DNA of 58,537 nt, filler included, from Porpidia crustulata (GCA_964255105.1; 5 parts of 5 records of this genome joined end to end with filler, not necessarily neighbours in it); one strand, 5' to 3'; shown: positions 36,606 through 48,932, numbered from the whole stretch's first letter. Program-made: numbers and translations. The notes: generated from the letters alone by a model not told the origin.

Positions 36606-37333
36606 TGTAATCACTACCTGGCCTTAATTCTTTGAAGAAGGCGCTCAGTCGATTGATTGCTCTTCCGACCCAATTTTCACTGGAACCTAAAGCAAACACA
36701 AACAATGTGCCCCACGAAGCCTATCTGCTCAGAAGCTGAAGTTCAATTTCAATAGACACGTGGTATTGATGGCCGAAAACTGATCAAGAACTTTTTTTGA
36801 ATACCTGGAGATCTGAACGAGCGACCTGGCGGCACCCAAAGTCTCAAATATCTTTCGGAAGGGTCAGCTTTATATTTTGGAAGTTATCCAACCGTTTTCG
36901 CATCCGCCAGCACGTAGCGCTAGTACGGCACTAGTGTAGACGTTATCTTATCTTAGCTCCAATCTCTAAGCGAAAATCTTTCCATTGTCCAGATTCAAGT
37001 CATCACATATCGGAATTTCTCAAGACCCGCGAAAATGGTTGTATCAAAAATGTCAAATTAGTAAAGATCACTCGCGCACTCGCGTGCTTGGTCGGACAGG
37101 TATGATCATCTACCCTCTCTTCTTTTACTAATGTAAGGAGGGGAAGTAGGGAGGATGGGGAGTATGGGGTGGAGTAGGGATATGGTTGGAGGAAGACCGA
37201 GGAGATTGTAGAGTATAAACATATCTGGTATTGTGCACTAGGGTTGAGCTCTGTCATTTATGTTACACGACTTGTTCCGACCATGGTGAGATGAGAGCTC
37301 AATGCCAGTAGTAGTACCACCACTCACAGGAGC

Positions 37334-38711
37334 TCATGACTGCTCGATGAGATCAGGTAGATCCTTGACTTCAACTTCGCCTTGCAGGATACCTATGATT
37401 CAAGAAGTCAGCATAGCCGCTAAAACGTAGAACGGAACGATAACCACTCACGATACACCGCTGTCAAGAGCGGAAACTCATCCACCTTCCCCCTTGCCTT
37501 TAAAAACCCGTACACCTCATGTGCCGTCGACGTCCCCTGCAGCATCTGCCCATTCAGCTCCTCCTTCTCCACCTGATCGATTCCAACATTCCTCTCCACG
37601 CTCATCTTCGCGCACCGGTAATTCCGGCCCCCGGAGCACGACGTGATAAGGTCCGCGACGCCGGCGCTCTCTTCGGTGAAGGTCCGCGAGTGCACCGAGT
37701 TGGCGAAGAACATTTTGCCGAACTTGACCATTTCCAGGAGGCCGACGCGCATGACGGCCGCCTTGGCGTTGTCGCCCCAGCCCATGCCGGACACGAAGCC
37801 GGCGGCGAGGGCGACGATGTTTTTGAGGCCACCGCTGAGGGAGACACCGGCGACGTCGGAGACGACGCGGACGTGGAAGTAAGGGCGGTGAAAGAGTAGT
37901 TTCAGTGTGTTGTGGTCTAAGGGAGGGTATTCGGAGGGCTGTGCGATCAGCTTCACCTTGGACTTTTTGCCGGTTGAATCTTTGTGGTCCTCGATTTTCG
38001 ATAGATCCAGCTGCGACGATTGAGGGGTAGGGCCTTTCGGCGTTGGATTTCGAGAGTCCATAAGTGGAGGGTCGTAGGCGACCGTTGTTTCGGAGAATTT
38101 CTCGGCTGCCACCTCGTTGGCGATGTTTGCGCCGGAAAGAGCACCACAGTATATCCCAAGTTTTTCTCCAATGGACTCGGAGAACAGACTAATGCTGTCA
38201 CTCGAAACATTCACACCCTTGATGCATGATACTCCTCGAGCGTATGGTACAATATGGCCTCTCATTTGGTCACATAGCCCGCCAATGAATTGATGGGGAA
38301 GATTGAAGACCAGTATTGTGGAGTCTTTAACCGCATCTCGTAGCGAAGGGTTGGCGAATAGATTATGGGGGAGCTTAATGCCTGGGAGATATTTGACGTT
38401 CTCGTGAAAGTGGTTGATCAGTTTCGTAAGCTTCTGCGGCTGTTGGCAAAGCTCAGAGGAAGGGTCGTAGTGCTTGGAAGCTTCCGGGACTCTGGTTTCC
38501 TCCTCAAAAACCCACATATGTACTTCAGGTTCAAAAAGCTCCGGATGATCCTTGGTATTCTCTGCCACCATCTTGGCAATTGCAGAGCCCCTTCATGGGT
38601 GTCAGTGCGAATAGCAGCCTGACCGAGACCATAGCTGACATGCGCTCACCAGTTGCCCGATCCTACCACTGTCACCTTGTGTCTCTTCTCATGGGATCCG
38701 AGCGTCGCCAT
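37334..38711 (-). CDS. GPD1: NAD-dependent glycerol-3-phosphate dehydrogenase
   Basis: [87 protein letters not shown]. The last exon reads [18 protein letters not shown]. Confidence 0.96.
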
Positions 38712-39758
38712 TGTGGAAGCTCTTTTTGGTACTGCCACCAACGATTTTTCGGGTAAGATTGAGGAGCGAGCACCAAGGGAAGCTGTGAGCTGCGCAAGGC
38801 GACGCAACGGGGTCCCGGTCAATGCAGCTATATTTGCTTATAACTCCTCGTCAGGAAGAAAAGGCTAAGCGGAGTACTGTTGGAACATGAGAGTGATACC
38901 AGCTCGTACGTACTTGTATCCCCTCAGAGAGGGTAATTTAGACCACTAGATGGGGCAGATTCATGAAAATAGAGCTTGATAAGGCTGACTCTTACAGGTC
39001 TCAACCGTTGAAACTAGTGCAGCCCTATCAAAATCCCCGAAACTACGCCGGATTGGGTCTTTGGACCTCAACCATCACGCGACTATGCGATCCTCTATTC
39101 ATGAAGTCTTTACTGGCAGCTTTTATTATTTCGTAGCCTATCTCAACCTGTAGCTTCAAATTTGAGCAACATCAACGATGGTTATGAGCGGTGAAGGAAC
39201 CCGGATAGAGGTGAAGACTTCGGGTATGGCTGTTCTTGGGTTTACGAATACATAAAACTGATTTATATAAGTCAACACTGTAATAGAGTACTAGTGCTCT
39301 TGTTTCTATTTATTGTGATACTATAGCAATCAAGCTTGGTAGTGAACGGAGATAATGTCTATGCGGATCGGAATCTCAGCATTAGAACCGAGACCTTTGG
39401 GCCACTTCAGCAGCGTTAGTCAGGATAGACATGATGTACCATGAGGACACGAGGAGATTACCTGAACATCTGACCAAGATATCTTAGTAGCATTAAGACC
39501 CCAGCCTGACGGCTCAAATACGTGAGCAATGTTTTGTTGGCCTTGTGCTCAATTTTCTTGTTCTAGCCATGTGTCGAGCCATGAGCTTCGCGTATGGAGA
39601 TCTCATGTATTGGTGTTTGATGGTATCGCCTCCTGAGTACGTACTAACGCCCTCTCAGAATCTGCGGAGGTGGTATAGCTGTCGGAGTCGCCATTGGAGT
39701 TTACTGGTGCTGCCTTTAAGCTCGATTGACTTGTGATGTATGCCCCATGAAAGGTTGT

Positions 39759-40811
39759 TCAAGCGTTGGCTACAGATGCCGTCAGTCTGGCTGCTTCACT
39801 ATTGAGACGTGCAGCCTCGTTCATCAATTTTGCAGCTTGTTGCATCAATTTCGCTGCTTCTAGCCTGGTAGCTTGTGCGGACCTAATTGGTCCAATAACA
39901 GCAATGCGATTTTGCTCGGCTTCAGACCTAGCAACACCAACGCTTTCCTGAGGCTGTGCGGTACGCTGTACATTTTGCATTCCTGGGTGAAAGTCGTTAC
40001 TCAGACTAGGGTCCAAAGGCACCCGACTCTGAAGTCCATTAGCCATGAAAGCTGTTGGAGCTGGACCTGGATGGGCGCTGGGGGAAAATCTGCTCTCGGT
40101 CGGTGGAGCCTCCGATCTCGGTTTGTCGGGACAATTTTTACGATTGTGGCCGGTTTGCGAGCAGACAGAACACCGGATTGCTGTTCTCGGGCGATCTTCG
40201 CCTCCTGCCGACGAGCCCTCGTCCATACCGCCGTTGAGATGGCCCACGATATCGCCCGAAGGATCTTCGGCCCCGACGACGGTACCATCGGATATCGATA
40301 CTTGACGATGTGGGCAGTCCTGTATGCCATGATCAGGCTGTTGGCAGAGTTGGCAAAATGTCGAGAGAGCCTTGCGAAAACATAGCTCGCGCTTCACCTT
40401 CTGTGCTTGGCGTGTGGATATAGTCTGCCCATATTTCTTTTCCACTGCTTGAATGATTTCATCGGTCTTTGTTTTCTCATCGACGGGAAGGAGATTGGGC
40501 ACTGCTTCGAGGAGGAATTTTAGCTTTCCAGTCTCGACACGTTTGATATTTTGCGAAGCGATTTGTCCAGTTATAGAGACGCACGTGTGCACGTCGTCGA
40601 CTGTGGTCACTTTCGCGTTTCCCCGCTTCTCGTTGAAATTGGCACGAATGCGAAAAGGGCAGTCTGGGGCGCTCCGACAGCCAGCGCGAACTCTATGGGC
40701 GTCGCTATCGAGAATATGAGGGGTGAAATTGCGCTCGACTGCCCAATTTCGGAGAGCCCATTTAAAGTCTTTGAGTGTAGCATAGATCTGGCCCTCAGCA
40801 ATTGCCGGCAT
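39759..40811 (-). CDS. Mutator (MuDR/MULE) N-terminal DNA-binding-domain protein with two CCHC zinc knuckles and a C-terminal heptad helix; no DDE transposase core
   Basis: GQIYATLKDFKWALRNWAVERNF followed by C-x5-C-x23-H-x-C. Knuckles CQLCQQPDHGIQDC and CSVCSQTGHNRKNC. Heptads AAKLMQQ-AAKLMNE-AARLNSE-AARLTAS. Intact 350-aa single-exon ORF. Confidence 0.8.
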   Translation of the reverse strand: MPAIAEGQIYATLKDFKWALRNWAVERNFTPHILDSDAHRVRAGCRSAPDCPFRIRANFNEKRGNAKVTTVDDVHTCVSITGQIASQNIKRVETGKLKFLLEAVPNLLPVDEKTKTDEIIQAVEKKYGQTISTRQAQKVKRELCFRKALSTFCQLCQQPDHGIQDCPHRQVSISDGTVVGAEDPSGDIVGHLNGGMDEGSSAGGEDRPRTAIRCSVCSQTGHNRKNCPDKPRSEAPPTESRFSPSAHPGPAPTAFMANGLQSRVPLDPSLSNDFHPGMQNVQRTAQPQESVGVARSEAEQNRIAVIGPIRSAQATRLEAAKLMQQAAKLMNEAARLNSEAARLTASVANA

Positions 40812-41418
40812 CAGGCCAGGTAGGGGTGGGATGATCGTGGTTTCAATCGGCAGGGAGTAACTGTGGCATGATAGTCAGTAGAGTAGCAAGATGCTTGCAG
40901 CAGGGGTGTATAGACTACAATGGTTACCACAGTCTACGGACCACCAATTGTCTGTACCTGCGCAGCGGCTTCAAAGGCGCTCGAATCTGAAGCGATCTCG
41001 TCGCGGGTATATTCTAAATGTACTCTTGTCTTTTTGTAATGAGAGGTCTGGGGTAGTTTGTAATACGAGTTAAGTTGAAGAGGGCTGTGGCATTAGACTT
41101 CGGAGCGGATGTCGGAGAAACCTTTCTGCGCGACAATGCTACGATTTCCGCTCAATGCGGTAAAGAAACAGAGAAATGGCAATACAATTTCATCATACGG
41201 ACTTGAAAGTTGCAAGACGTCACAATCATCAGCATTTGCATAGCCCATCGTCTCTCAACGCACGCCATCATGTCTATTTCCTCATTTGACTCTTCAAGCC
41301 TCGAAAGAAATATAATTCTGGCGAAATCTTAGTCTCTTAGAATATAGACTGGAGGATCTTTGCTTGGATTGAGTTTTTACTTGCTCCTACGCTGGTAATA
41401 TCGATACACTGCCTTGAG

Positions 41419-44400
41419 ATGACGTTGCAAGAGGTTTACCTTCTGCCATTGACGGATGGAGGGGCTCCAGACGTACCAGGCCGTTACATATATCTACCCC
41501 CGCCTACGGAACCTGCATATGTCGTTCGCTTTGCTATTGAGGGCACTAGCTCAATTTGCCGTCAAGGTTCACTATGGGTCAATATTCCACTTGAAGGAGA
41601 GCCTTTCCGGCGTCACCAATTCCGGGAGTATAAGTGAGTGCTCCACGTCGGGTGCCTGGATGAGGTCCTTATTTCGCGATCCTGGCAGCTTCTGTCTCGG
41701 GAGGCACGCAGCTGAATATTTCATTTGGTAGACTTCACCCGGACTTTAGCCAAATGCTTAATATAGACATTCCGGTATATCTTGCCGGGGCTTTTGCGTT
41801 CTATACGACGTTCTCGCCGCTTCCTGATTTGTCGACCTCGGGAAAAGCTTCACCGTCGCCAACAAAAACGGCTACCTTCTACATTGATATTGCACCAAAA
41901 CTTAGCCTGAAGAATGATCCGCTACCTCAGGACGCACTCTCAATTTTCTCTGTGATATCTAAATTCATGGGAGATTTCCCGACAGACTGGGAGAGACACT
42001 TGAAAGGAATAGGTCAGAGGAATTACAATATGGTCCACTTTACACCTTTAATGGCAAGGGGCAATTCCAATTCTCCGTATAGTATCTATGATCAGCTAAG
42101 ATTTAACCCTGAATCGTTTCCAAACGGTGAGAAGGACGTTGCAGCCATGGTGAAGACCATGGAGAATGAGCATGGACTACTAGGCTTGACTGATGTCGTC
42201 TGGAATCATACTGCAAACAACAGTAAATGGCTGGAAGAACATCCAGAAGTTGGCTATAATATTGATACTGCCCCATGGCTAGAGTCTGCGTTGGAGCTTG
42301 ACAGCGCTTTGCTCAAGTATGGGGAGGAGCTCGAGAATTATGGGCTACCAACTGTGATCAATAACATGAGCGACTTGCACGATATAATGAGTGGGGCGAA
42401 AAAGCATGTTCTAGATGCTCTCAAGCTTTGGGAATATTACATCGTCGATGTCGAGCATGATGCTCAAGCAATAGTGGACTCATGGGAGAGAGGCATGATG
42501 TCCTCTGTTGATAGCGAACTGAAAGGCTTCACCTTAAAGCAACAAGCAGAATTCCTACTTAACAATGACTTCATTGGCAAGAAAGAGTTTCGAGCTCGCT
42601 TTCATCGCAAGACCAATCCCCAGGTTGGAGCTGCTTTATTAACGTCCATTCTCAACCCTCACAAATCAAAAGATCAAAGTACCTCAACGAGAACTGCTGC
42701 ACTCCATGATATAGAAAAGATACTGAATGAGCTTAATTTGCAGTTTTATAAGGCATATGATAATGATGCTGCTGTGGTTATCGATCAGGTTCTCAACCGG
42801 GTGAAATACCTTCGGCTTGACGACAATGGCCCGAAGCTTGGGCCTATATCAGAAAAACATCCGTTGATAGAGACATACTTTACAAGACTACCCATCAATG
42901 CAACGACAAGAAAGCACAGCCCAGGCTCTTTGGCTTTGGTAAATAATGGTTGGATATGGGCTGCTGATGCTATGAAAGATCATGCTGGCCCTGATTCTCG
43001 GGCTTATCTACGTCGAGAGGTCATTGTCTGGTCTGATTGTGTTAAGCTGCGATACGGTAAATCTCCCGAGGAAAACCCAATTCTTTGGGATTATATGACC
43101 AAATACACTCGCCTTATGGCCAAGTATTTTGCTGGATTCCGGATCGACAATTGCCATTCTACCCCGCTGGCCGTCGCTGAGTATCTGCTAGATCAGGCTC
43201 GTGAAATACGGCCTAACCTTGCTGTCTTTGCTGAGCTGTTTACTGGCTCTGAAAAAATGGACTATGTCTTTGTTGAACGGCTTGGTCTAAGTGCCCTGAT
43301 TCGCGAAGCGATGCAGGCTTGGAGCACTGGTGAACTTAGCAGACTAGTGCACATGCATGGTGGCCGGCCCATAGGGAGCTTCGAGGTTGACGAGGCGTAT
43401 AACGGAGTAACCTCTACAAGCTATAGCTCTCAATCCAATGGGATTAAAAAGGCCGAGAACGTGCACCGTATAAAGCAAACTCCAGTCCACGCCCTTTTCA
43501 TGGATTGCACACATGATAACGAAGTACCTGCCCAGAAGCGTGATGCGAGAGATACTCTACCGAATGCAACTCTCGTCAATATGTGTGCGTCCGCCACTGG
43601 TAGCGTAATGGGTTATGATGAGATCTATCCAAAACTTGTTGGCCTTGTTCATGAGACTCGACAGTACGCGTCACCATTTTCAGAGCATGAGGTCAAGATC
43701 GGTGGAGGTAAAGACGGATTTGGTGGTATCAAGAAATTGTTGAATCAAATCCACGCGCTAATGGGGAAGGAAGGGTACGACGAGACCCACATACATCATG
43801 AAGGCGAGCATATCACGGTACACCGAATACACCCCAAGTCTCGAAAGGGGTATTTTGCAATTGCTCACACAGCTTTCCCTGGTTACGGAGAAGGAGAAGG
43901 CAGCGGCGCCCTTTCTCCAGTACATCTAGTTGGTACTAAAGCCAAACTTCTGGGTAGCTGGCGTTTAGATGTAGACACAAGAGAGACCACAAAAGCAGCA
44001 GTTCTGGCTGACAAGGAATTCTTAAGGGGCCTTCCAAGCGAAATTGTGGATCTACCAGGCGTTGACATCGATACTGAGGACACCAATACAACACTTAGAA
44101 TACCGGCGCAATTTCCTCCAGGGAGTATAGCTCTGTTTGAAACATGGATTCCTGGAGCAGAGCACTCTCGAAGCCTCGAAAGTTACCTTACCAACGGCGC
44201 CCAAGAAGCTTTCGACCGACTTAGCCTTGTCGACCTCAACTTTGTTCTCTATCGGTGCGAAGAGGAGGAGCGAGACTCTAGTGGTGGTAAAGATGGCGTC
44301 TACGTTATTCCCAATCACGGGCCGCTGGTATACGCTGGACTACAGGGGTGGTGGAGTATCTTGAGAGATGTTATTCGAAACAACGACCTCGGTCACCCGC

Positions 44401-46179
44401 TTTGCAACCATCTCCGCGATGGCCAGTGGGCCCTTGATTATACTGTCACCAGGCTTGGGAACCGAGCTAAACGTGATAACTCTTCGGCCTTATCACAATC
44501 TTCTACTTGGCTTTTGGAGCGCTTTAGTGCTATTCGGAGAGCCCCGAATTTTCTTTTGCCCCGATTATTCGCGATGGTCATCCAGACTGCCTACACTGCT
44601 ATGTGGAATCGTGCTTTAGAGCTAATGAGCAGCGACATTCGCAACGGTCAGCCCTTTCTACAAAGTTTGGCTATGGTGAGCATCCAACAAACAGGTTACG
44701 TAAGGTCGGCATCGTTGTATCCTTCAAAGCAGGTCCCATGCATCTCGGCAGGCCTCCCACACTTTTCTACCGACTGGGCGAGGTGCTGGGGAAGAGATGT
44801 CTTTCTCTCCATACGTGGTCTATATTTAGCTACCGGTAGATTTGCGGAGGCCAAGGAACACATCATGGCATTCGCGAGTGTACTGAAACATGGCATGGTG
44901 CCCAACCTGTTGAGTAGTGGAAAATCACCGCGTTACAATGCTCGAGATGCAGTTTGGTTTTTCCTACAGAACATACAGGACTACACAAAGCTCGTGCCCG
45001 ACGGATTAAGCCTTCTCGCACAAAACGTTTCCCGGCGCTTCTTACCCTACGACGACACTTACTTCGAGTTTGACGATTCAAGAGCTTACAGTAAGGAGTC
45101 CACCATTGAGGGGATTGTCTATGAAGCCTTGCAAAGGCACGCCTCTGGACTATCCTTCCGGGAAGCAAACGCTGGTCCTACTTTGGATATGCAGATGAAA
45201 CCTGAAGGCTTTCAAATCGATGTTCATGTCGATTGGGATACTGGGATCATCTTTGGCGGAAATCAGTTTAATTGTGGAACGTGGATGGACAAGATGGGCG
45301 AGAGTGAGAAAGCTGGAAGCAAAGGTATCCCAGGTACACCGAGAGATGGCGCAGCAATTGAGATTACAGGTCTCTTATATAGTACCCTCGTTTGGGTCGC
45401 CCAGCTCCACCGTGAGGGAAAATTCAATTACAGTGGTGTAAAGATTTCGGAAGACCGAGAAATCTCATTCAGAGACTGGGCATTTCGTTTGGAGAAAAAC
45501 TTTGAACGGTGCTATTACGTGCCCATCGACCCTCAGGATGACGCACAATTTCAAGTCAACCCCACTATCGTCAATCGCCGAGGGATTTATAAGGACCTCT
45601 ATAGATCTGGGAAGGAGTACGAAGATTATCAGCTCCGCCCTAATTTCCCAATCGCTATGACCGTTGCGCCCCAGCTTTTTACCTCAACCAAGGCGCTATA
45701 CGCTCTGAAGGTGGCTGATGATGTCCTCCGTGGTCCCACGGGCATGGCAACACTTGATCCCTCAGACCTAAACTACAATCCCTATTACAATAACTCGGAA
45801 GACTCCACCAGCTTTGCGACTTCGAAAGGCCGCAACTATCATCAAGGTCCGGAGTGGCTCTGGCCCACTGGATTCTTTTTACGCGCCCTTCTCAAATTCG
45901 ATCTTATGCAGAGGACTACAGATGAGGGTAGGACGGAGGCATTTCAGCAAATCACGAGAAGACTCGCTGGCTGTAAAAGAGCTATACGTGAATCACCTTG
46001 GGCTGGGCTCACCGAGTTGACAAATAAGAATGGAGAGTTATGTGGGGATTCCGTGAGTGTCTCATTGTTCTTTAAGTATGAGAAGCAGCTGATTTTTGTA
46101 GTCTCCAACGCAAGCATGGTCTGCTGCGTGCTTGGTAGATTTATTCCACGACGCCAAACAGCTTTCAATAGACGAATGA
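41419..46179 (+). CDS. GDB1: Glycogen debranching enzyme (4-alpha-glucanotransferase/amylo-1,6-glucosidase)
   Basis: MVHFTPL, SPYSIYDQL, DVVWNHTA, GFRIDNCHSTP, AELFTGS, MDCTHDN, RCWGRDVF, CGTWMDKMGES, NYHQGPEW. Introns near 41633-41730 and 46053-46100. The true C-terminus is SPTQAWSAACLVDLFHDAKQLSIDE*. Confidence 0.97.
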
Positions 46180-46762
46180 GCCAGCATTTACAATTACAGA
46201 AGCCAAAGACGTACTGCCTAAACGATAATCAATTACGACGATGTAAAGCAATCAGTGTTCGCCACGAAATATTGTGGTTCTTTCATCTCTTTATACCAAA
46301 TCTCTGCCCTATAGATCAACGGAAGAGTAGAAAGCACAACTATCACTGTTCCTTTTTCTAGTAGACCATGTAAATACTGGCAATGTTCTGATGTATATTC
46401 ACGTTCGGGCCGATAAATACAGGCAAATCAAAACGCGGAAAACCCATGCTTGTCTAATTCAGCATTCCCAGTTTGTTTTTGGTTCATTCATGTCTATAAA
46501 GTCTAACACCCTATTCAAAAATCATTCAGAACCAACACTTTATCTCAGCTGCGTGCGCACGCATGCATCATGACCTTTTTCCAACCGATAGAATGCTGAT
46601 GACCACCGGATTCGTACAGTAATCCCCAACCAACAGTTTTTCTGTAGACGACAGCCTCTTGGTTAACCCTGACCCCTTAATACCCCAATCAGTCAACCGC
46701 AAGATTTGCACTACCGCCGTCTGATGAAGCTACGTAGATATATACACAAATAAATCGTGCAG

Positions 46763-46813
46763 GGATGGATGGATGGATGGATCGCCGATTCCGTAAGTGG
46801 GTAGGTGGATGGA
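46763..46813 (+). repeat. (GGAT)n microsatellite with a degenerate continuation at the contig end
   Basis: GGAT x5 at 46763-46782, then GGTGGATGGA running into the linker. Confidence 0.85.
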
Positions 46814-46913
46814 NNNNNNNNNNNNNNNNNNNNNNNNNNNNNNNNNNNNNNNNNNNNTTAATTAATTAANNNNNNNNNNNNNNNNNNNNNNNNNNNNNNN
46901 NNNNNNNNNNNNN
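46814..46913. other. Artificial contig linker
   Basis: 44 N + TTAATTAATTAA + 44 N. Confidence 0.99.
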
Positions 46914-47198
46914 CCCCTTGCCATCCCCTTCTCTCCCCAACAGAACATCCCACAACCAAGACTCTCAACCCCAACCACAGCTTCTCCAAAAAAAAAGAGA
47001 TATCACAATCATCGCCGCAAAAATCACAACGCTCGCTTCGCTTCGCTGCAAACTGGAACCCGGTACTGTAGACATCAACTCCCGCTTCATCGCTTGAAAA
47101 AAAAATTCACTCCAACATTGAAAAGACGGGCGATCTCGCTTCTATGAAAAGCTTCTGGGGAAGTGAAGTAAACCAGATATGTCGGAGACGGAAAGAAA

Positions 47199-48932
47199 TC
47201 ATTCCATTTCGAAATGCGCCTCATCCAGCGCCTCCGCGAAACCCGCGCTCGAGTCTTCGTTCGCTGCGGGCGGCGCGTCTGTGATTGGGTGCGTGGATGC
47301 CGATCCCGAAGGCGACGGCACTGCTGAAGGCGTCTGCGGCGAACCGTCCACTCCTGCCGTATGAAAACCCGATATCGACGGGAAAGGCGCGATGGACATT
47401 ACAGCTACGGGACTTTGACTGGCCAACGTATCATCTCCTGCGGCAAGCCCGACATGTGATGCCATCGGATAGGCTGGTGGAAGAGCGTTTGTCGGTCGTC
47501 TGAGCGAGCCGAGGGAGAGGAAGAGGACGAGGATGCTTAGGATGCCGATGGCGAGGTTGCGCCGGTCCTGGGCGGCGAGGTAGATGTAATTGAGTAGGAG
47601 CGTCCATAGCGGTACGTCTACTCGCGGCCGCTGAGTTCTCGAGCGACGTCGTTTCGGCGGGGGTGATGCTTGGGTTTTGTCTTCGTTCGCTAAGCCGTCG
47701 ACGTACGCTTGCGCGTCTTCGCCGTAGATTTCGCGTAACCTCTCATCGTCGAGACCGGTGCTCTTGACGCCGCTGGGGAGTGGTGTCTCTTGGTGCTGCT
47801 GAAATTGTCGCTGCTCCAGCGTCTGTCGCTCCTCCTCTTCTTTCCTTAGCTCCAGCTCTCGCTTCATGTCTTCATCCATCCACGGAAGTATCTCCACGTC
47901 CACCCGCTCCATTTCCCTCCAGGCGGCGCCCCAAGCCCCGGCCCTCATAAGCCCGTTCGCTGCGTATAGCTTGATATCCCACCTGCGATTCCCTGTGCCG
48001 CTGCCATAACGTCCGTCTCTCACTCGTCTCCCACAGTCGTCACAGATATCCGTATCATTATCTTCATCATCGTCGTCAAAGTGTTCAGCGTCCAACTCGG
48101 CCAGTTCGGCTTCTTCCTCCGGCTCGAGATGGAAATGGCCACATTTGAGTATCCTGGGCAGTTTTAGCTCGAGAGATTCCAGCAGCCGTTCCTCGAGTAA
48201 ATCGTAGTCTTCTTTTGGATGGGGAATCAGGATGCCGCGTTGCAAGACAGTATCTGTCGCCTTCTCCTGCAGTAGCTTCCAATTCTCAAGAATGTACCCG
48301 GGTAACACGCTCTCCAAGCACTCCGTTGAATACGATACCGCGATTGGCAAAAGCGTGACGTGAAGAAGGACGAGCGGGTATTCTTTCTTCAGCTTCTTCG
48401 TCGGGCTAAGCCTAGATGATGAACGCAGAGCACCATTGTGCGAGCGAACAGATCTCGGCGTACCATTGCGCGAAGGTGTCGTAAACTTGTATCGCTGTTG
48501 AGACGATGGCGATATCAGGTGCGGTGGTGGTGTGGTATCTAGCTGCATGGCCCGGACAGAAGAAGGATTTCTGAATGGCGAGCGCGTCTTGACTGGGGTA
48601 TATGGGGAAGATGGTGATCGCTCATGCTCGACAGATGGATATCCTGATTCCGAAAGAAGCACTGAGATATCATCGTCAGAATGCTGTGGGGAGGTTTCAG
48701 GGGAGCTGATATGCGATGGACTATCGAAGACGGCTTCATCATGATCGTCGCTAGAATGATGCGTCGAGCTAGAAATGGAGGGTTCTCGATAGTCTTCGTT
48801 CTCGTGCTCGATACTTGCAACTCTCTCGTCGTGAAATTCCAGAGAAGCGCACTGACGTGGAAAGTCGTTCGCTTGTGCAGAGAACCTCGGATTATGATAA
48901 GTCTGGAAATCAGTTACTGATGTGTACTCCAT
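47199..48932 (-). CDS. Conserved fungal hypothetical protein with a C-terminal TM helix (function unknown)
   Basis: About 577-aa ORF from ATG 48932. S/P-rich N-region, core YPLVLLHVTLLP...RGILIPHPKEDYDLLEERLLESLEL...CGHF...CDDC...WDIKLYAANGLMRAGAWGAAWREMERVDVEI, and TM segment LAIGILSILVLFLSL. Confidence 0.85.
   Translation of the reverse strand: MEYTSVTDFQTYHNPRFSAQANDFPRQCASLEFHDERVASIEHENEDYREPSISSSTHHSSDDHDEAVFDSPSHISSPETSPQHSDDDISVLLSESGYPSVEHERSPSSPYTPVKTRSPFRNPSSVRAMQLDTTPPPHLISPSSQQRYKFTTPSRNGTPRSVRSHNGALRSSSRLSPTKKLKKEYPLVLLHVTLLPIAVSYSTECLESVLPGYILENWKLLQEKATDTVLQRGILIPHPKEDYDLLEERLLESLELKLPRILKCGHFHLEPEEEAELAELDAEHFDDDDEDNDTDICDDCGRRVRDGRYGSGTGNRRWDIKLYAANGLMRAGAWGAAWREMERVDVEILPWMDEDMKRELELRKEEEERQTLEQRQFQQHQETPLPSGVKSTGLDDERLREIYGEDAQAYVDGLANEDKTQASPPPKRRRSRTQRPRVDVPLWTLLLNYIYLAAQDRRNLAIGILSILVLFLSLGSLRRPTNALPPAYPMASHVGLAAGDDTLASQSPVAVMSIAPFPSISGFHTAGVDGSPQTPSAVPSPSGSASTHPITDAPPAANEDSSAGFAEALDEAHFEME

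Noticed and set aside
27836..38711. Apparent GUT2 + GPD1 'glycerol-3-phosphate shuttle' gene cluster
   Set aside because: The two genes are on different contigs joined by an artificial linker in a size-sorted concatenation, so their proximity is coincidental.
46053..46361. Extended C-terminus of the 1535-aa GDB1 ORF
   Set aside because: Read-through of the last intron. The conserved SPTQAWS ending is in another frame and stops at 46179.
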